From contig JAZKAU010000002.1 of assembly GCA_040388985.1 (NCBI GenBank), positions 247,642 through 311,641 on the forward strand: DNA of 64,000 nt, given 5' to 3'. The stretch's first letter is position 1. Each line of letters opens with the position of its first letter. The notes beneath the pieces are model-generated. The model worked only from the letters and a program-made list of their open reading frames with translations, was not told the DNA's origin and made no database searches. A program made the translations under genes and the position numbers. The stretch comes from Patescibacteria group bacterium. GTDB lineage: Bacteria > Patescibacteriota > Minisyncoccia > Phycocordibacterales > Phycocordibacteraceae. Shown one piece after another: positions 47,640-57,761 of the stretch.

Positions 47640-48365
47640 ATGAAAAAAGACATCACCATAGGCGGCGCAGCCGTATACCATACGTATCCTGACGACGGGC
47701 AGAAGCACCCGGGGCTTATCGTTATCGAGGAGATCTGGGGCGTAAACGACCACATCCGCTCGGTGGCTGATCGATTCGCGTCTGAAAGGTACAGCGTGCT
47801 CTCGCCTGAACTACTGCCGCCCGGCTTGCTGGAGGCGCTCACGCCACAGGTACAGAAGGATCTCTTCGATCCTGAGAAACGACACGAGGTGCAGCCGAAG
47901 CTGCGTGAAGCCATGGGTCCTATCAACCAGCCCGAGTATGCGGCTGCGACCATTGCGACCCTCAAGGCCTGTGTCGACTATCTGCTTGCGGACGAAGGAG
48001 TCAGCGGCAACGTTGCCGTCGTCGGTTTCTGCTTCGGCGGCAGCTACAGCTTCCATCTGGCTGGGCACGACTCACGTATACGGGCTGCGGTCCCGTTCTA
48101 CGGTCACCCGCCGAAAGATGATGAATTGCCGAACATCAGCTGCCCGATACTGGCCTTTTATGGTGACCAAGACGCCGCTCTGATGGAGTCGCTCCCGAAG
48201 CTCAAAGAAGACATGGAAAAGTCCGGGAAGAACTTCGAGCCTGTCGTATATCCTGGTGTCGGCCATGCCTTCTTCAATGACACGAATGCACGCGCCTATG
48301 ATGCCGGAACCGCGCAGGACGCGTGGGAGAAGGCGCTTGCGTTCTTGCGAACGAATCTGACGTAG
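47640..48365 (+). CDS. Dienelactone hydrolase family protein
   Basis: EIWGVN, GFCFGG, GDQD, HAFFND. Confidence 0.93.
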   Translation: MKKDITIGGAAVYHTYPDDGQKHPGLIVIEEIWGVNDHIRSVADRFASERYSVLSPELLPPGLLEALTPQVQKDLFDPEKRHEVQPKLREAMGPINQPEYAAATIATLKACVDYLLADEGVSGNVAVVGFCFGGSYSFHLAGHDSRIRAAVPFYGHPPKDDELPNISCPILAFYGDQDAALMESLPKLKEDMEKSGKNFEPVVYPGVGHAFFNDTNARAYDAGTAQDAWEKALAFLRTNLT

Positions 48366-48497
48366 AGCAGTCAGGGGGGAGGGCAGGTCGAATTCGACTT
48401 ATGCCATAGGCCAGGCTAGCTGCATATATAAAGCGCGTAGAGAGCTAGATACATAGCCTAATCGTCTTCATACATAGCTAATCAGATTAGTAGTACC

Positions 48498-49370
48498 ATG
48501 CTCTCACCTATGACTATTCACGCTCGGATGCTCTCGTATCTAGCTCTTCCGTTCTTTGCGGCGGGAATGTTCATGACGGCGGCACCCGCAGCCCACGCGG
48601 CAGAGACCATACATGTTTCAAAGAACTGGTCCGGATACACGGCCTCGGGCGGCTCCTATTCGGCAGTATCCGCTACGTGGATAGTGCCTGCAGTGAGCGA
48701 GAACCCGAATCCTCTGTCCGCAAGCGCCGCATGGGTCGGTATCGGCGGCCTGTCGGATCCGAATCTTATCCAGGCCGGTACTCAGGCGGTACTTGAGAAC
48801 GGTCAGGTGAGCTATCAGGCCTGGTACGAGACGCTACCGGACTCAGAACATGCACTCCCGCTTGCGCTTCATCCGGGAGATACCGTCTCAGTATCTATCA
48901 GGGAAGTCCTCGCAGGCCTCTGGCAGATACACGTTACCGATCAGACGACGGGGCAGGGTACGCAGACCAGCTTGTTCTACGATTCGTCGAACTCTTCTGC
49001 AGAATGGATAGTCGAGCGTCCGCTCGCCATTATGGACGACGGGACAGGATATCTGCCCCTGAACGATTTCGGTACGGTTTCCTTCCAGAACGTATCAGCT
49101 GGCGTGAACGGCGACATCGTTCCGCTTAGAGCGATCGATAGCCAGCAAGTGGTCATGAGCAGTAGCGGTTCTTCGCTGCTCGCGGCACCATCTGCTATAA
49201 CCTCAGACGGCAGCGGATTCTCCGTGTCCTATCTTACGCGCAAGCAGAGCGCGCAATACCTCAGCTCAGTGCATCGCGTATTCCGGCCTACCACCCCGGA
49301 ATCTTCGAACATCCCGGCTTCGTCGATCGGTGAGATAGGACGTGGAGCACTCATCCACATCGTATTCTAG
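48498..49370 (+). CDS. Secreted G1-family glutamic peptidase
   Basis: NWSGY, AWVGIGG, LIQAGT (catalytic Q), SAEWIVERP (catalytic E). Confidence 0.88.
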   Translation: MLSPMTIHARMLSYLALPFFAAGMFMTAAPAAHAAETIHVSKNWSGYTASGGSYSAVSATWIVPAVSENPNPLSASAAWVGIGGLSDPNLIQAGTQAVLENGQVSYQAWYETLPDSEHALPLALHPGDTVSVSIREVLAGLWQIHVTDQTTGQGTQTSLFYDSSNSSAEWIVERPLAIMDDGTGYLPLNDFGTVSFQNVSAGVNGDIVPLRAIDSQQVVMSSSGSSLLAAPSAITSDGSGFSVSYLTRKQSAQYLSSVHRVFRPTTPESSNIPASSIGEIGRGALIHIVF

Positions 49371-49392
49371 GAGCGACGATTACGTCGCTCCT
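49369..49392. terminator. Hairpin between convergent genes
   Basis: AGGAGCGACG-ATTA-CGTCGCTCCT. Confidence 0.55.
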
Positions 49393-49400
49393 GCTCGAGA

Positions 49401-49829
49401 CTACTTGGAAGCTTTTGCGCTCACGACGCTCTCGTGGATCTCCTGAGTAAGGGTATTATTTATCTCGACTAGGCGGTGGACTTCGTCCTGAATCCTCAGA
49501 AGCGCTTCAGCGTCGCGATACGTCTGGAGCGCTTGCTTGTCGGAGGCGGCTGCAGCGACTTTCTGTCCGACCATGATGACGGACAGAAGCACCAATTGGA
49601 GGAAAGTCTGCGCTATCCAAGAAATGAGCGTCGCTGTTCCGCCGTGGATGGCGGCAGGGAGGCTCACGAGCGCGAGAAGCGCGAATAGATAGGCGCACCA
49701 CATCGTGCCTACGGCGTTCGTAATGATAAGTGCCACACGGCCATTGAATCCGAGCCGCTCATGCTGGGTCAAGTGCGGACCGCTCTGCGCGCGCTCAGTG
49801 ATGCGAGGATTAGGTATATGATTTTCCAT
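49401..49829 (-). CDS. DUF1003-like membrane protein
   Basis: VGTMWCAY, WIAQTFLQLVLLSVIMVGQ. Confidence 0.75.
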   Translation of the reverse strand: MENHIPNPRITERAQSGPHLTQHERLGFNGRVALIITNAVGTMWCAYLFALLALVSLPAAIHGGTATLISWIAQTFLQLVLLSVIMVGQKVAAAASDKQALQTYRDAEALLRIQDEVHRLVEINNTLTQEIHESVVSAKASK

Positions 49830-49895
49830 ACCTATAACTATTAGGGATTCCGGTCCTAAATACAACGTCGGGCACAGGATAAATAATCCATATGG

Positions 49896-50318
49896 CTAGT
49901 ACTCTCGGGATGTGGCGATGCCATGCTGCCCGACGACCTTGAAATTTATATATAGGTTGAAGAGATAATTCCCGAATCCGACGATACCGGCGACGAGTAT
50001 GCGCGCGATAAGGAAGTTCAGATTAAGAAGTGAGACGAGGCTGGCCACCAGGAGAGTCGTGACGACCGCCCCGACCAGGGCGACCAGGGCGAAGTAGACA
50101 TAGCCATGCTTCCAGCCGCGCTTCGTCCGCGTAAATACGATACGCCTGCTCACGGCGTAATTGACGCTTATGGCAATGAGGAAGGAAACAGGGGTCGCGA
50201 TGTAGAGCGAGACCCCAGCCAGACGTACTGCTGCGTAGAGTAGGCAGAGATCAAAGGCGAGCGTTCCGACGCCTATCCCGGCGTATCTGAGGAAACGCCG
50301 GAGCGCCTGACGGTTCAT
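49896..50318 (-). CDS. GtrA-family membrane protein
   Basis: RFLRYAGIG, NYAVSRRIVF; four TMs. Confidence 0.85.
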   Translation of the reverse strand: MNRQALRRFLRYAGIGVGTLAFDLCLLYAAVRLAGVSLYIATPVSFLIAISVNYAVSRRIVFTRTKRGWKHGYVYFALVALVGAVVTTLLVASLVSLLNLNFLIARILVAGIVGFGNYLFNLYINFKVVGQHGIATSREY

Positions 50319-51565
50319 GAGCGCGAAGGACCCGACGCGGATTCGGAGCCAATCGCCTGCGCGAGCCGCTCAAGGGCGATGACGTATGCGCTGCGGCGCA
50401 GATCGGTGGATAGGGCGGTGGAGCGCCCAAAGACTTCGCGCGCCTGATCGGCAAGGACGGTCTCAAGTTTCTGGTCAACATCTGCTTCGCTCCAATGCTC
50501 TCCCTTAAGGTTCTGCTCCCATTCCAAATATGAGACGACTACGCCACCGGAATTGGCGAGTATGTCCGGAATGACCGTTACTCCTTTCTTGAGCAAGATG
50601 TCATCGGCTGCGGGCGTGGTGGGGCCGTTGGCAAGTTCGAGTATGACCTTTGCCTTGATGTCGTGCGCGTTATCTTCGGTGATCTGATTCTCAAGGGCAG
50701 CCGGTACCAGGACGTCGGTATCGAGCGTAAGAAGCGCCTCGTTAGTGATCGGTTGCGCTCCAGGGAATCCTTGTAGGGAACCTGTCTCCTTCTTATAAGC
50801 TTCGACGCGCGCGACATCGAGTCCGGCAGGATCATAGATGCCGCTTCGCGAGTCTGACATCGCGATGACGCGGTGTCCGCCTCGAGCGAAGACGTGGGCG
50901 GCTTCGCCGCCCACGTTCCCCATGCCTTGTATAACGATGCGCGCTGACGCAGGCACGCCGAGCGCTTCCCGCAACGTGTCGAAGACGATATAGCCGCCCA
51001 GTCCTGTAGCCTTGCCGCGACCTTCTGAGCCGCCGTCTGACACAGGCTTTCCGGTGAAGGAGGCGTGCGTGGTGTCGTCCGTGAGCTTTTCATATTCATC
51101 GACCATCCAGGACATTATCTGCGGCGTGGTGTTCACATCAGGCGCCGGAATATCAATGGACGGTCCGATATCACGATACAGGGCCCGTACCCACGCGCGC
51201 GATAGTCGTTCCAACTCGGCCGCACTCAGTATCTTCGGGTCAACCGTTATGCCGCCTTTGCCGCCGCCGAGCGGTAGATCTGTAAGCGCGGTCTTAAGCG
51301 TCATCCAGAGCGCCAGCGCCTTCACTTCGTCCATGTCGGCCTTCGGATGGAAGCGGATACCGCCCTTATAGGGTCCACGCAGATTCGAGTGCTGGACACG
51401 GTAGCCGGTGAAGCTTCTCATCTCACCGTCATCCGTACGGATCCGCAGCGTAGCAGTCAGCTCCCGGTCGGGACGCGAAAGACGATCGATAATGAGCGGG
51501 TCCAGAGCGCCCGCGACGCGGGCGCGTTCCAACTGACTCAGAGCGTTCGTGAAGGGAGTGTCCAT
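50315..51565 (-). CDS. gdhA: Glutamate dehydrogenase (Glu/Leu/Phe/Val family)
   Basis: RGPYKGGIRFHP, GGGKGG, DIPAPDV, QGMGNVG, ELANGP, PDILANSGGV. Confidence 0.93.
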   Translation of the reverse strand: MDTPFTNALSQLERARVAGALDPLIIDRLSRPDRELTATLRIRTDDGEMRSFTGYRVQHSNLRGPYKGGIRFHPKADMDEVKALALWMTLKTALTDLPLGGGKGGITVDPKILSAAELERLSRAWVRALYRDIGPSIDIPAPDVNTTPQIMSWMVDEYEKLTDDTTHASFTGKPVSDGGSEGRGKATGLGGYIVFDTLREALGVPASARIVIQGMGNVGGEAAHVFARGGHRVIAMSDSRSGIYDPAGLDVARVEAYKKETGSLQGFPGAQPITNEALLTLDTDVLVPAALENQITEDNAHDIKAKVILELANGPTTPAADDILLKKGVTVIPDILANSGGVVVSYLEWEQNLKGEHWSEADVDQKLETVLADQAREVFGRSTALSTDLRRSAYVIALERLAQAIGSESASGPSRS

Positions 51566-51648
51566 AGGGAAGGGAGTACGACTATAGTACGCCACTCACG
51601 TAAAATTATTTCGTCAGAACCTACCTGCTATAGTGAGATATCGTACCT

Positions 51649-52236
51649 ATGGCTCCTGAATTCCTCCTTAAAGACGCGAGTGACGAGGATATTGCCGCGC
51701 GCGTACAGAAGGGAGAGGAGACAGCGCTCGGAGAGCTTATCAGTCGCTACGAAGAGAAGTTGACGCGCTACGGAAGGCGGTTCCTGGTAGGACACGGAGA
51801 CGACGCGGTGAGGCAGGCAGTCCAGGACGTGTTCATCTCCGTCTATCAGAATATCGAGGGCTTCAATACTAGACAGCGCTTCTCACCGTGGATATACCGC
51901 ATCGCCCACAACGCCTTCATCGACATCTTGCGGCAGACGATGAAGCAGCCTATCTACGGCATCGATCTCGATACCCTCGTCTCGCATACGGCCTATGAGG
52001 ACGGATACGCGGACGAGAAAGAAAAAGAGCAGATCCGCGTACTAGTAGAGAACGGGCTCAAATCCCTGCGGGCTGCCGAGCGCGAAATACTGGTCCTATA
52101 CTACTTTGAGGAGCTCAGCTATAAGGAGATCGCCGACGTCCTGCATATTCCAGTAAGCACCGCAGGCGTCCGCCTTGCCCGAGCTCGCGCGAGACTCAAA
52201 GGAGCCTTACCTGACTCTTCCCATCTAACACTATGA
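51649..52236 (+). CDS. ECF RNA polymerase sigma factor
   Basis: QDVFI...FSPWIYRIAHN (region 2), LSYKEIADVL (region 4). Confidence 0.92.
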   Translation: MAPEFLLKDASDEDIAARVQKGEETALGELISRYEEKLTRYGRRFLVGHGDDAVRQAVQDVFISVYQNIEGFNTRQRFSPWIYRIAHNAFIDILRQTMKQPIYGIDLDTLVSHTAYEDGYADEKEKEQIRVLVENGLKSLRAAEREILVLYYFEELSYKEIADVLHIPVSTAGVRLARARARLKGALPDSSHLTL

Positions 52237-52964
52237 ACGACACGAATTCCGGACATTCCATACAAGAGGCCGTTCTCGCAAAGGTGCGAGCTGGGGAGGT
52301 GCGCCGCCATTCGCGCGCTTACTTCCTCGCGCGTCTTGCGGGTACCATTGCCGTGAGCATACTGCTCCTCGTCGTCTGCGTACTCATCATAAGCTTCATA
52401 CTCTTCAGCCTGCACGAGAGCGATGAGCAGATATTGCTCGGCTTCGGCCTCCACGGCGTGGAAGTATTTCTCGGCCTCTTTCCCTGGCTGCTCGGCCTTA
52501 TCGCAGCTAGCCTCATCCTCGTACTCGAGTGGATGCTCCGAAGGTTCAGATTCGGCTACCGCATACCGCTTCTCAATGTCTTTATCGGTATCTTCGTAGT
52601 AAGCGTCGCGCTGAGCGCGCTCATAAATTTCACTCCGCTTCACGCGACGCTCCTACACGTCTCGGACCAAGGGGAACTGCCGGTATTAGGCGGCGTGTAC
52701 CAACACGTTCTTGATCATCACGATGACCGCGGTTTCGCACGCGGGAGGGTAGTCGCGATACAGCCTGACTCCTTCCTCATACAGCACGACGATCATGACC
52801 GCGACCGGGATGACGGTACGTTTGTCGTACGCGTGCAGGACCATGCCAGCCTCCCGGAACTACATGTGGGAGACGAGGTAGTGGTGCTCGGGAATCCTGG
52901 ACCGGGATACATCACGGCAACGCGTATAGAGGTCGTCGGGGCACGATCCGCTTCCGTGAAATAA
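52233..52964 (+). CDS. Multi-TM putative anti-sigma factor with a C-terminal OB-like domain
   Basis: Overlaps the sigma stop; three TMs; His/Asp-rich beta domain. Confidence 0.65.
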   Translation: MNDTNSGHSIQEAVLAKVRAGEVRRHSRAYFLARLAGTIAVSILLLVVCVLIISFILFSLHESDEQILLGFGLHGVEVFLGLFPWLLGLIAASLILVLEWMLRRFRFGYRIPLLNVFIGIFVVSVALSALINFTPLHATLLHVSDQGELPVLGGVYQHVLDHHDDRGFARGRVVAIQPDSFLIQHDDHDRDRDDGTFVVRVQDHASLPELHVGDEVVVLGNPGPGYITATRIEVVGARSASVK

Positions 52965-53007
52965 AGTCCTGATGGCTGCGTAGTATAGATGTAAGAACAT
53001 CCTCGCT

Positions 53008-53532
53008 ATGAAAAGATTCCTTATTTCCATCGTGTTCATAGGCGGCTTCGCCGCCTATGTATTCAATGAGCGCGGCGAAGCCGAGACGACTCCCATCGTA
53101 GCCAATCCAGTCTCAAGTATTTCTCCGACCCCGTTCACGCCCACGGCAAGCACGCCTCCAGCTGCGGGACCTGCTCCTGTACCGACTATCCCAAAGACCA
53201 CTCCCGCAGCACCAACCCCAGTCGTTACTCCTACGAAGCCTGTCGGCCAATACAAGGACGATACCTATACCGGGACCGCGGCGAATGCCTACTATGGCTA
53301 TATCCAGGTCGCCGCAGTCATCTCGGGCGGAAAGCTCACCGACGTGACCTTCCTTCAGTATCCCAATGATCGCCGCGAATCTATCTTCATCAATCAGCAA
53401 GCGATGCCTATCCTGAAGTCGGAAGCAATAGAAGCGCAGAGCGCGAGCGTGAGCGGCGTATCGGGGGCCTCCGATACGAGCGCCGCCTTCAAGCAATCGC
53501 TCGGTTCGGCACTCAGCCAAGCTCGCACCTAA
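53008..53532 (+). CDS. Membrane-anchored FMN-binding domain protein
   Basis: N-terminal TM, Pro/Thr linker, YKDDTYTG, YYGYIQV, flavinylation-like motif SGVSGASDTS. Confidence 0.88.
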   Translation: MKRFLISIVFIGGFAAYVFNERGEAETTPIVANPVSSISPTPFTPTASTPPAAGPAPVPTIPKTTPAAPTPVVTPTKPVGQYKDDTYTGTAANAYYGYIQVAAVISGGKLTDVTFLQYPNDRRESIFINQQAMPILKSEAIEAQSASVSGVSGASDTSAAFKQSLGSALSQART

Positions 53533-53538
53533 GCCTGT

Positions 53539-54285
53539 ATGCGTCAGTCTCGTCTCATCATGGGCATGCCCACCTTCATCGAGATCGCCGAACCACATGT
53601 CTCGCAGGAATCCTATGAGCAGGTCTTCAACTACCTCACTTCTATCGATGAGCGATTCAGTACGTATAAGCCGGAGAGCGAGATCTCGCGCATCAATAGG
53701 GGAGAGATAGCCGAAGACGCCTATAGCGGCGATATGCGAGAGATATTCCGTCTTGCAGACGCAACCGCGCGCGCGACGGACGGCTACTTCGACATCCGGA
53801 AACCGGACGGTACCCTCGATCCGTCGGGAGTCGTCAAAGGATGGGCTATACAGAAAGCATCGGAACTCCTTGAACGCATGGGGCATGAGAACTTTTATAT
53901 CGAAGTCGCGGGCGACGTCCAGACAAAGGGCGTAGACGCGCATGGCAGGGATTGGACCATCGGCATACGGAGTCCCTTCACCGCAGACGAGATAGTGAAG
54001 GTAATCACGCCGCAGGGACAGGGAGTAGCGACTTCCGGAACATACATACGCGGAGAACATATCTATGACCCCCATACCGGTGTGTCGCCTGAGGCCTTCG
54101 TAAGTCTCACGGTGGTGGGGCCGGATATCTACGAAGCTGATCGGTTCGCGACCGCAGCCTTTGCCATGGGTCCCCGCGGCCTCGCCTTCCTCGAGAGCCT
54201 TCCGGGACTTGAGGCGTACGCCATCGACCCGAAGGGTGTGGCAACCATGACGAGCGGCTTCGAAGCCCTAACCCTACGCCCATGA
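53539..54285 (+). CDS. apbE: FAD:protein FMN transferase
   Basis: MGM, FSTYKPESEISRIN, LDPSGVVKGW, GVATSG, HIYDP, ADRFATA. Confidence 0.9.
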   Translation: MRQSRLIMGMPTFIEIAEPHVSQESYEQVFNYLTSIDERFSTYKPESEISRINRGEIAEDAYSGDMREIFRLADATARATDGYFDIRKPDGTLDPSGVVKGWAIQKASELLERMGHENFYIEVAGDVQTKGVDAHGRDWTIGIRSPFTADEIVKVITPQGQGVATSGTYIRGEHIYDPHTGVSPEAFVSLTVVGPDIYEADRFATAAFAMGPRGLAFLESLPGLEAYAIDPKGVATMTSGFEALTLRP

Positions 54286-55808
54286 TCCGTCTCATCGATT
54301 CATATCTCAACCGCATCACGATGTACCGGCTCGTGCTGTACGAGCTTATCTTCCTCCTGCTCGCGAGCGCTGTCCTTAGCGCCTTCGGCGTGCTCTCCTT
54401 TACGCCGCTCATGCTCGGCTACTCCGTACTCTTCATACTCTTCGTCAGTCTCGTCATAAACGCTGTCTTCGCGTACTTCCTTGACGCGCCGAGTAATCCC
54501 GAATCGGCCTACATCACAGCCCTTATCCTGGCGCTTATTATCGCGCCGCCGCACGCGTTCACCGACACGGCATTCATAGGGCTTGCTGCGTGGGCTGCCG
54601 GCTGGGCGATGGCGTCAAAATATATCTTCGCCATAGGCAAGAAGCACGTCTTCAATCCTGCGGCCATAGGCGTCGCGATGACGGCGCTCTTCCTGTACCA
54701 AGGCGCAAGCTGGTGGGTGGGTACGCCGTGGATGCTGCCGTTCGTAGTCGTCGGCGGATTCCTCGTCGCGCGCAAAGTGCGCCGGCTCGGCATGGTAGCG
54801 ACATTCCTCGCAGCCTTCGTCCTCACAGCGCTCGCGCTTGGCGGAGGTATGTCCGACGTTCTCCACACGGCGAGTCAGGCGCTGCTCTTTGCTCCGGCAG
54901 TATTCTTCGCGACCGTAATGCTTACCGAGCCGCTCACCGCGCCTACCGACAGCTACTTCCGTATCCTGTTCGCGATCATGGTCGGATTCTGCTTCGCGCC
55001 GCAAGTACATATCGGCTCTTTCTACTTCACGCCGGAGCTTGCCCTTCTTGCAGGTAATATATTCGCGTATCTCGTGAGCCCGAAGCAGAAGCTGCTACTT
55101 ACGTTCGTCGGGCGCGTGCTGCTTGCGACGAGCACGTACGAATTCATCTTCTCACACGACCGCAGGTTCAGATTTATTCCCGGACAATATCTGGAATGGA
55201 CCTTGGCACACCCGCATCCGGACACACGCGGTATCCGTCGCTATTTCACGATAGCGTCGACGCCTACGGATACGGAGCTACGCATAGGCGTGAAATTCTA
55301 TGAGCCGATGAGCAGCTTCAAGAAGGCCCTCCTTGCGCTTGCGCCGGGCGAGACCATCGTCGCCTCCCAGCTCGCCGGCAATTTCGTCTTGCCCAAGGAC
55401 CCCAAAGAAAAGCTCATGTTCATGGCAGGCGGCATCGGTATCACGCCGTTCGTCAGCATGATCGAGTATCTGCTCGCGAAGAAGGAGCGACGCGATATCG
55501 TCATCGTATACGCCAATAGGGGAGTCGAAGATGCAGCGTATGTAGACCTCCTTGATAGGGCAGAACGGGAACTCGGCATCCAGGTACTTCCGGTATTTAG
55601 CCAACAGACGCCGCAGATGGTAGCGAAGGCAGAATTTCCGCAGGCAGTGGATTCCGCGCTCATAACGCGCGAGGTTGCGGATTATCGAGATCGTCGTACC
55701 TATATCTCGGGCCCGCACGGCATGATCATCGCCTTCGAGGACCTGCTCAAGGAGCTCGGCGTACCGCGCAGGAACATCAAGACCGACTTCTTCCCGGGCT
55801 TCGCGTAG
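54282..55808 (+). CDS. RnfD/NqrB-like membrane domain fused to an FNR-type NAD(P)H oxidoreductase
   Basis: SKY...HVFNPAA and MLTEPLTAP (RnfD-like); PGQY, RRYFTIAS, AGGIGITPF, YISGP and DFFPG (FNR). Confidence 0.88.
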   Translation: MIRLIDSYLNRITMYRLVLYELIFLLLASAVLSAFGVLSFTPLMLGYSVLFILFVSLVINAVFAYFLDAPSNPESAYITALILALIIAPPHAFTDTAFIGLAAWAAGWAMASKYIFAIGKKHVFNPAAIGVAMTALFLYQGASWWVGTPWMLPFVVVGGFLVARKVRRLGMVATFLAAFVLTALALGGGMSDVLHTASQALLFAPAVFFATVMLTEPLTAPTDSYFRILFAIMVGFCFAPQVHIGSFYFTPELALLAGNIFAYLVSPKQKLLLTFVGRVLLATSTYEFIFSHDRRFRFIPGQYLEWTLAHPHPDTRGIRRYFTIASTPTDTELRIGVKFYEPMSSFKKALLALAPGETIVASQLAGNFVLPKDPKEKLMFMAGGIGITPFVSMIEYLLAKKERRDIVIVYANRGVEDAAYVDLLDRAERELGIQVLPVFSQQTPQMVAKAEFPQAVDSALITREVADYRDRRTYISGPHGMIIAFEDLLKELGVPRRNIKTDFFPGFA

Positions 55809-55907
55809 CGCGGGCCTGGGGGTGCGTACTCGAGAGCTAAGACGGACGGAACCTAGGATTGCCTACCTGTTTGGGCAATGGACGTATCCTGGCTATACTG
55901 GTTCTAT

Positions 55908-56672
55908 ATGGAACTATTCATACCGATCATCATCGCCGTAGTCATAGTGCTCCTGGGTCTTTCGCTTCGCGTCGTGAAAGAATATGATCGCGGCGTCATA
56001 TTCTTTCTGGGCAAGTTTACCGGTGTACGTGGCCCGGGCCTCATCATCCTTATTCCGATATTCGAGCAAATGACGAAGGTCACGCTCCGGACCATCACGA
56101 TGAATATCCCGTCCCAGAAGATCATCACGAAGGATAACGTATCCATCGACATAGCGGCGGTCGCGTATTACCACATCGTTGATCCGCAGAAATCGGTTGT
56201 CGCTATAGAGAACGTTTACGACGCGGTTAATCAGATCAGCCAGACGACGGTTCGTAACGTGGTGGGACAGTTCATGCTCGACCAGCTTCTCTCCCAAACG
56301 AGCGATATCAATAAGCAGATACAGGAAGTCATTGATACGCACACCGAACCGTGGGGCGCACAGGTGACTGCAGTCGAGATAAAGGACATTACGCTTCCGG
56401 AGAATATGCAGCGTGCAATGGCGAAAGAGGCGGAAGCCGAGCGTGAACGCCGCGCAAAGATCGTTGCGGCAGAAGGAGAGATGCAGGCTTCTGCGAAACT
56501 TGCCGAAGCTGCAGACATAATGGCAGCGCATCCGGTGGCACTGCAGTTGCGTACGCTTCAGACGATGGCCGAGATTAGCGTCGAGAAGAATTCCACGATA
56601 ATCTTTCCCGCGCAGTTCATGACGAGCGTGCAGGAAGCGGTGAAGATGATGGCCGCAGACAGCGCCTCCTAG
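55908..56672 (+). CDS. SPFH/stomatin (slipin) family protein
   Basis: [39 protein letters not shown]. Confidence 0.93.
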   Translation: MELFIPIIIAVVIVLLGLSLRVVKEYDRGVIFFLGKFTGVRGPGLIILIPIFEQMTKVTLRTITMNIPSQKIITKDNVSIDIAAVAYYHIVDPQKSVVAIENVYDAVNQISQTTVRNVVGQFMLDQLLSQTSDINKQIQEVIDTHTEPWGAQVTAVEIKDITLPENMQRAMAKEAEAERERRAKIVAAEGEMQASAKLAEAADIMAAHPVALQLRTLQTMAEISVEKNSTIIFPAQFMTSVQEAVKMMAADSAS

Positions 56673-56677
56673 AAGTA

Positions 56678-57439
56678 TTAGCTCGCGACCTGATTGTACG
56701 TTACGACTTCCCATCCGCGCGTCTTCGAGAAGGGATGCCAAGGGTGATAGATGCAGACGGTGATGCCGCCATTGTCGACCGGGTTGAAGAAGCCGAGTTT
56801 CACGAGGTCGGAGGCCGTTAGACCGTCCCGATAGAGGAGGTAGGAAAGCAGTATCTTCAGGAAGGCGCGATGCGTGACTACGACGATGCGACTCCCTGGT
56901 CGCTTAGACAGGTAGGTCAAGCACGCCTTCGCCCGCTTTATCAGTTCCTGGAAATTCTCCTCATCCGAGAAGCGATACGTATCTTCGTGGAATCCGGATT
57001 CCGTAAGCCCTACGATGCGCTGTACTTCCGGATCATCTACGCTCTTGCCGATGACTTCCGAAGGACTTTTGCGCTCGGCTAGAAGGGGACTCACCGTTAT
57101 CTTCTTGGTAAGCTGCTCGCTCATGATGGTCGCGGTCTCAACAGCCCGCTCGAAGGGGCTGGAGCATATTTCCTGAATGCGCAGGCTCTGCAGTGCAGTG
57201 CCGAGCGCGCGCGCCTGCAGGATGCCTGCGGGACTCAGCTTTCCGTCAGCGCCTTGCTTGATGTGCGCTTGATTGAGCAGCGTCTCGCCGTGGCGGATGA
57301 TGTAGAAGCACTTAGGCTTGAGACGATTGGCTAGAAAGAGCAGGAGTACGAGGAGTACCCCCATACATATGAAGAATTCCGCAGGAGTGAAAGAAAGCGA
57401 AGACAGGTTCGCGAGCGAGGAGGCTACCTGAAGATCCAT
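56678..57439 (-). CDS. Histidine phosphatase family protein with an N-terminal TM
   Basis: RHGET, SSPFERA, VVTH. Confidence 0.9.
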   Translation of the reverse strand: MDLQVASSLANLSSLSFTPAEFFICMGVLLVLLLFLANRLKPKCFYIIRHGETLLNQAHIKQGADGKLSPAGILQARALGTALQSLRIQEICSSPFERAVETATIMSEQLTKKITVSPLLAERKSPSEVIGKSVDDPEVQRIVGLTESGFHEDTYRFSDEENFQELIKRAKACLTYLSKRPGSRIVVVTHRAFLKILLSYLLYRDGLTASDLVKLGFFNPVDNGGITVCIYHPWHPFSKTRGWEVVTYNQVAS

Positions 57440-57454
57440 CGCTCTTAAGTATAC

Positions 57455-57613
57455 GACATTGTTTTCTTATGAGTCCTCGAATTAGAAAACAAGAAGTGCC
57501 CTTTGTGGTGCGCGACCTAGAATCGGTTATGAACAAAGTGAATTAGCGATTCGGAAGTACTCCTGTGGTGACATTGTTTTCTTATGAGTCCTCGAATTAG
57601 AAAACAAGAAGTG
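57455..57613. repeat. Two identical 44-bp palindromic direct repeats separated by 71 bp
   Basis: GACATTGTTTTCTTATGAGTCCTCGAATTAGAAAACAAGAAGTG at 57455-57498 and 57570-57613. Confidence 0.92.
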
Positions 57614-57761
57614 TCCGACAACACGCGCCTACACCCTGTAGGAATCAGTAGATACGAAGAGTATGCCTTCAGAATCTCGTATAGATGCATGCGTCGCATA
57701 CGTATGAGATTGACATGGTATCCTTATACCTATCACCATCCTTTCCTTACGAAGCCTCAAG

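Noticed and set aside
57455-57613. CRISPR array
   Set aside because: Only two repeats, a 71-bp spacer and no cas genes in the window; kept as an unexplained repeat.
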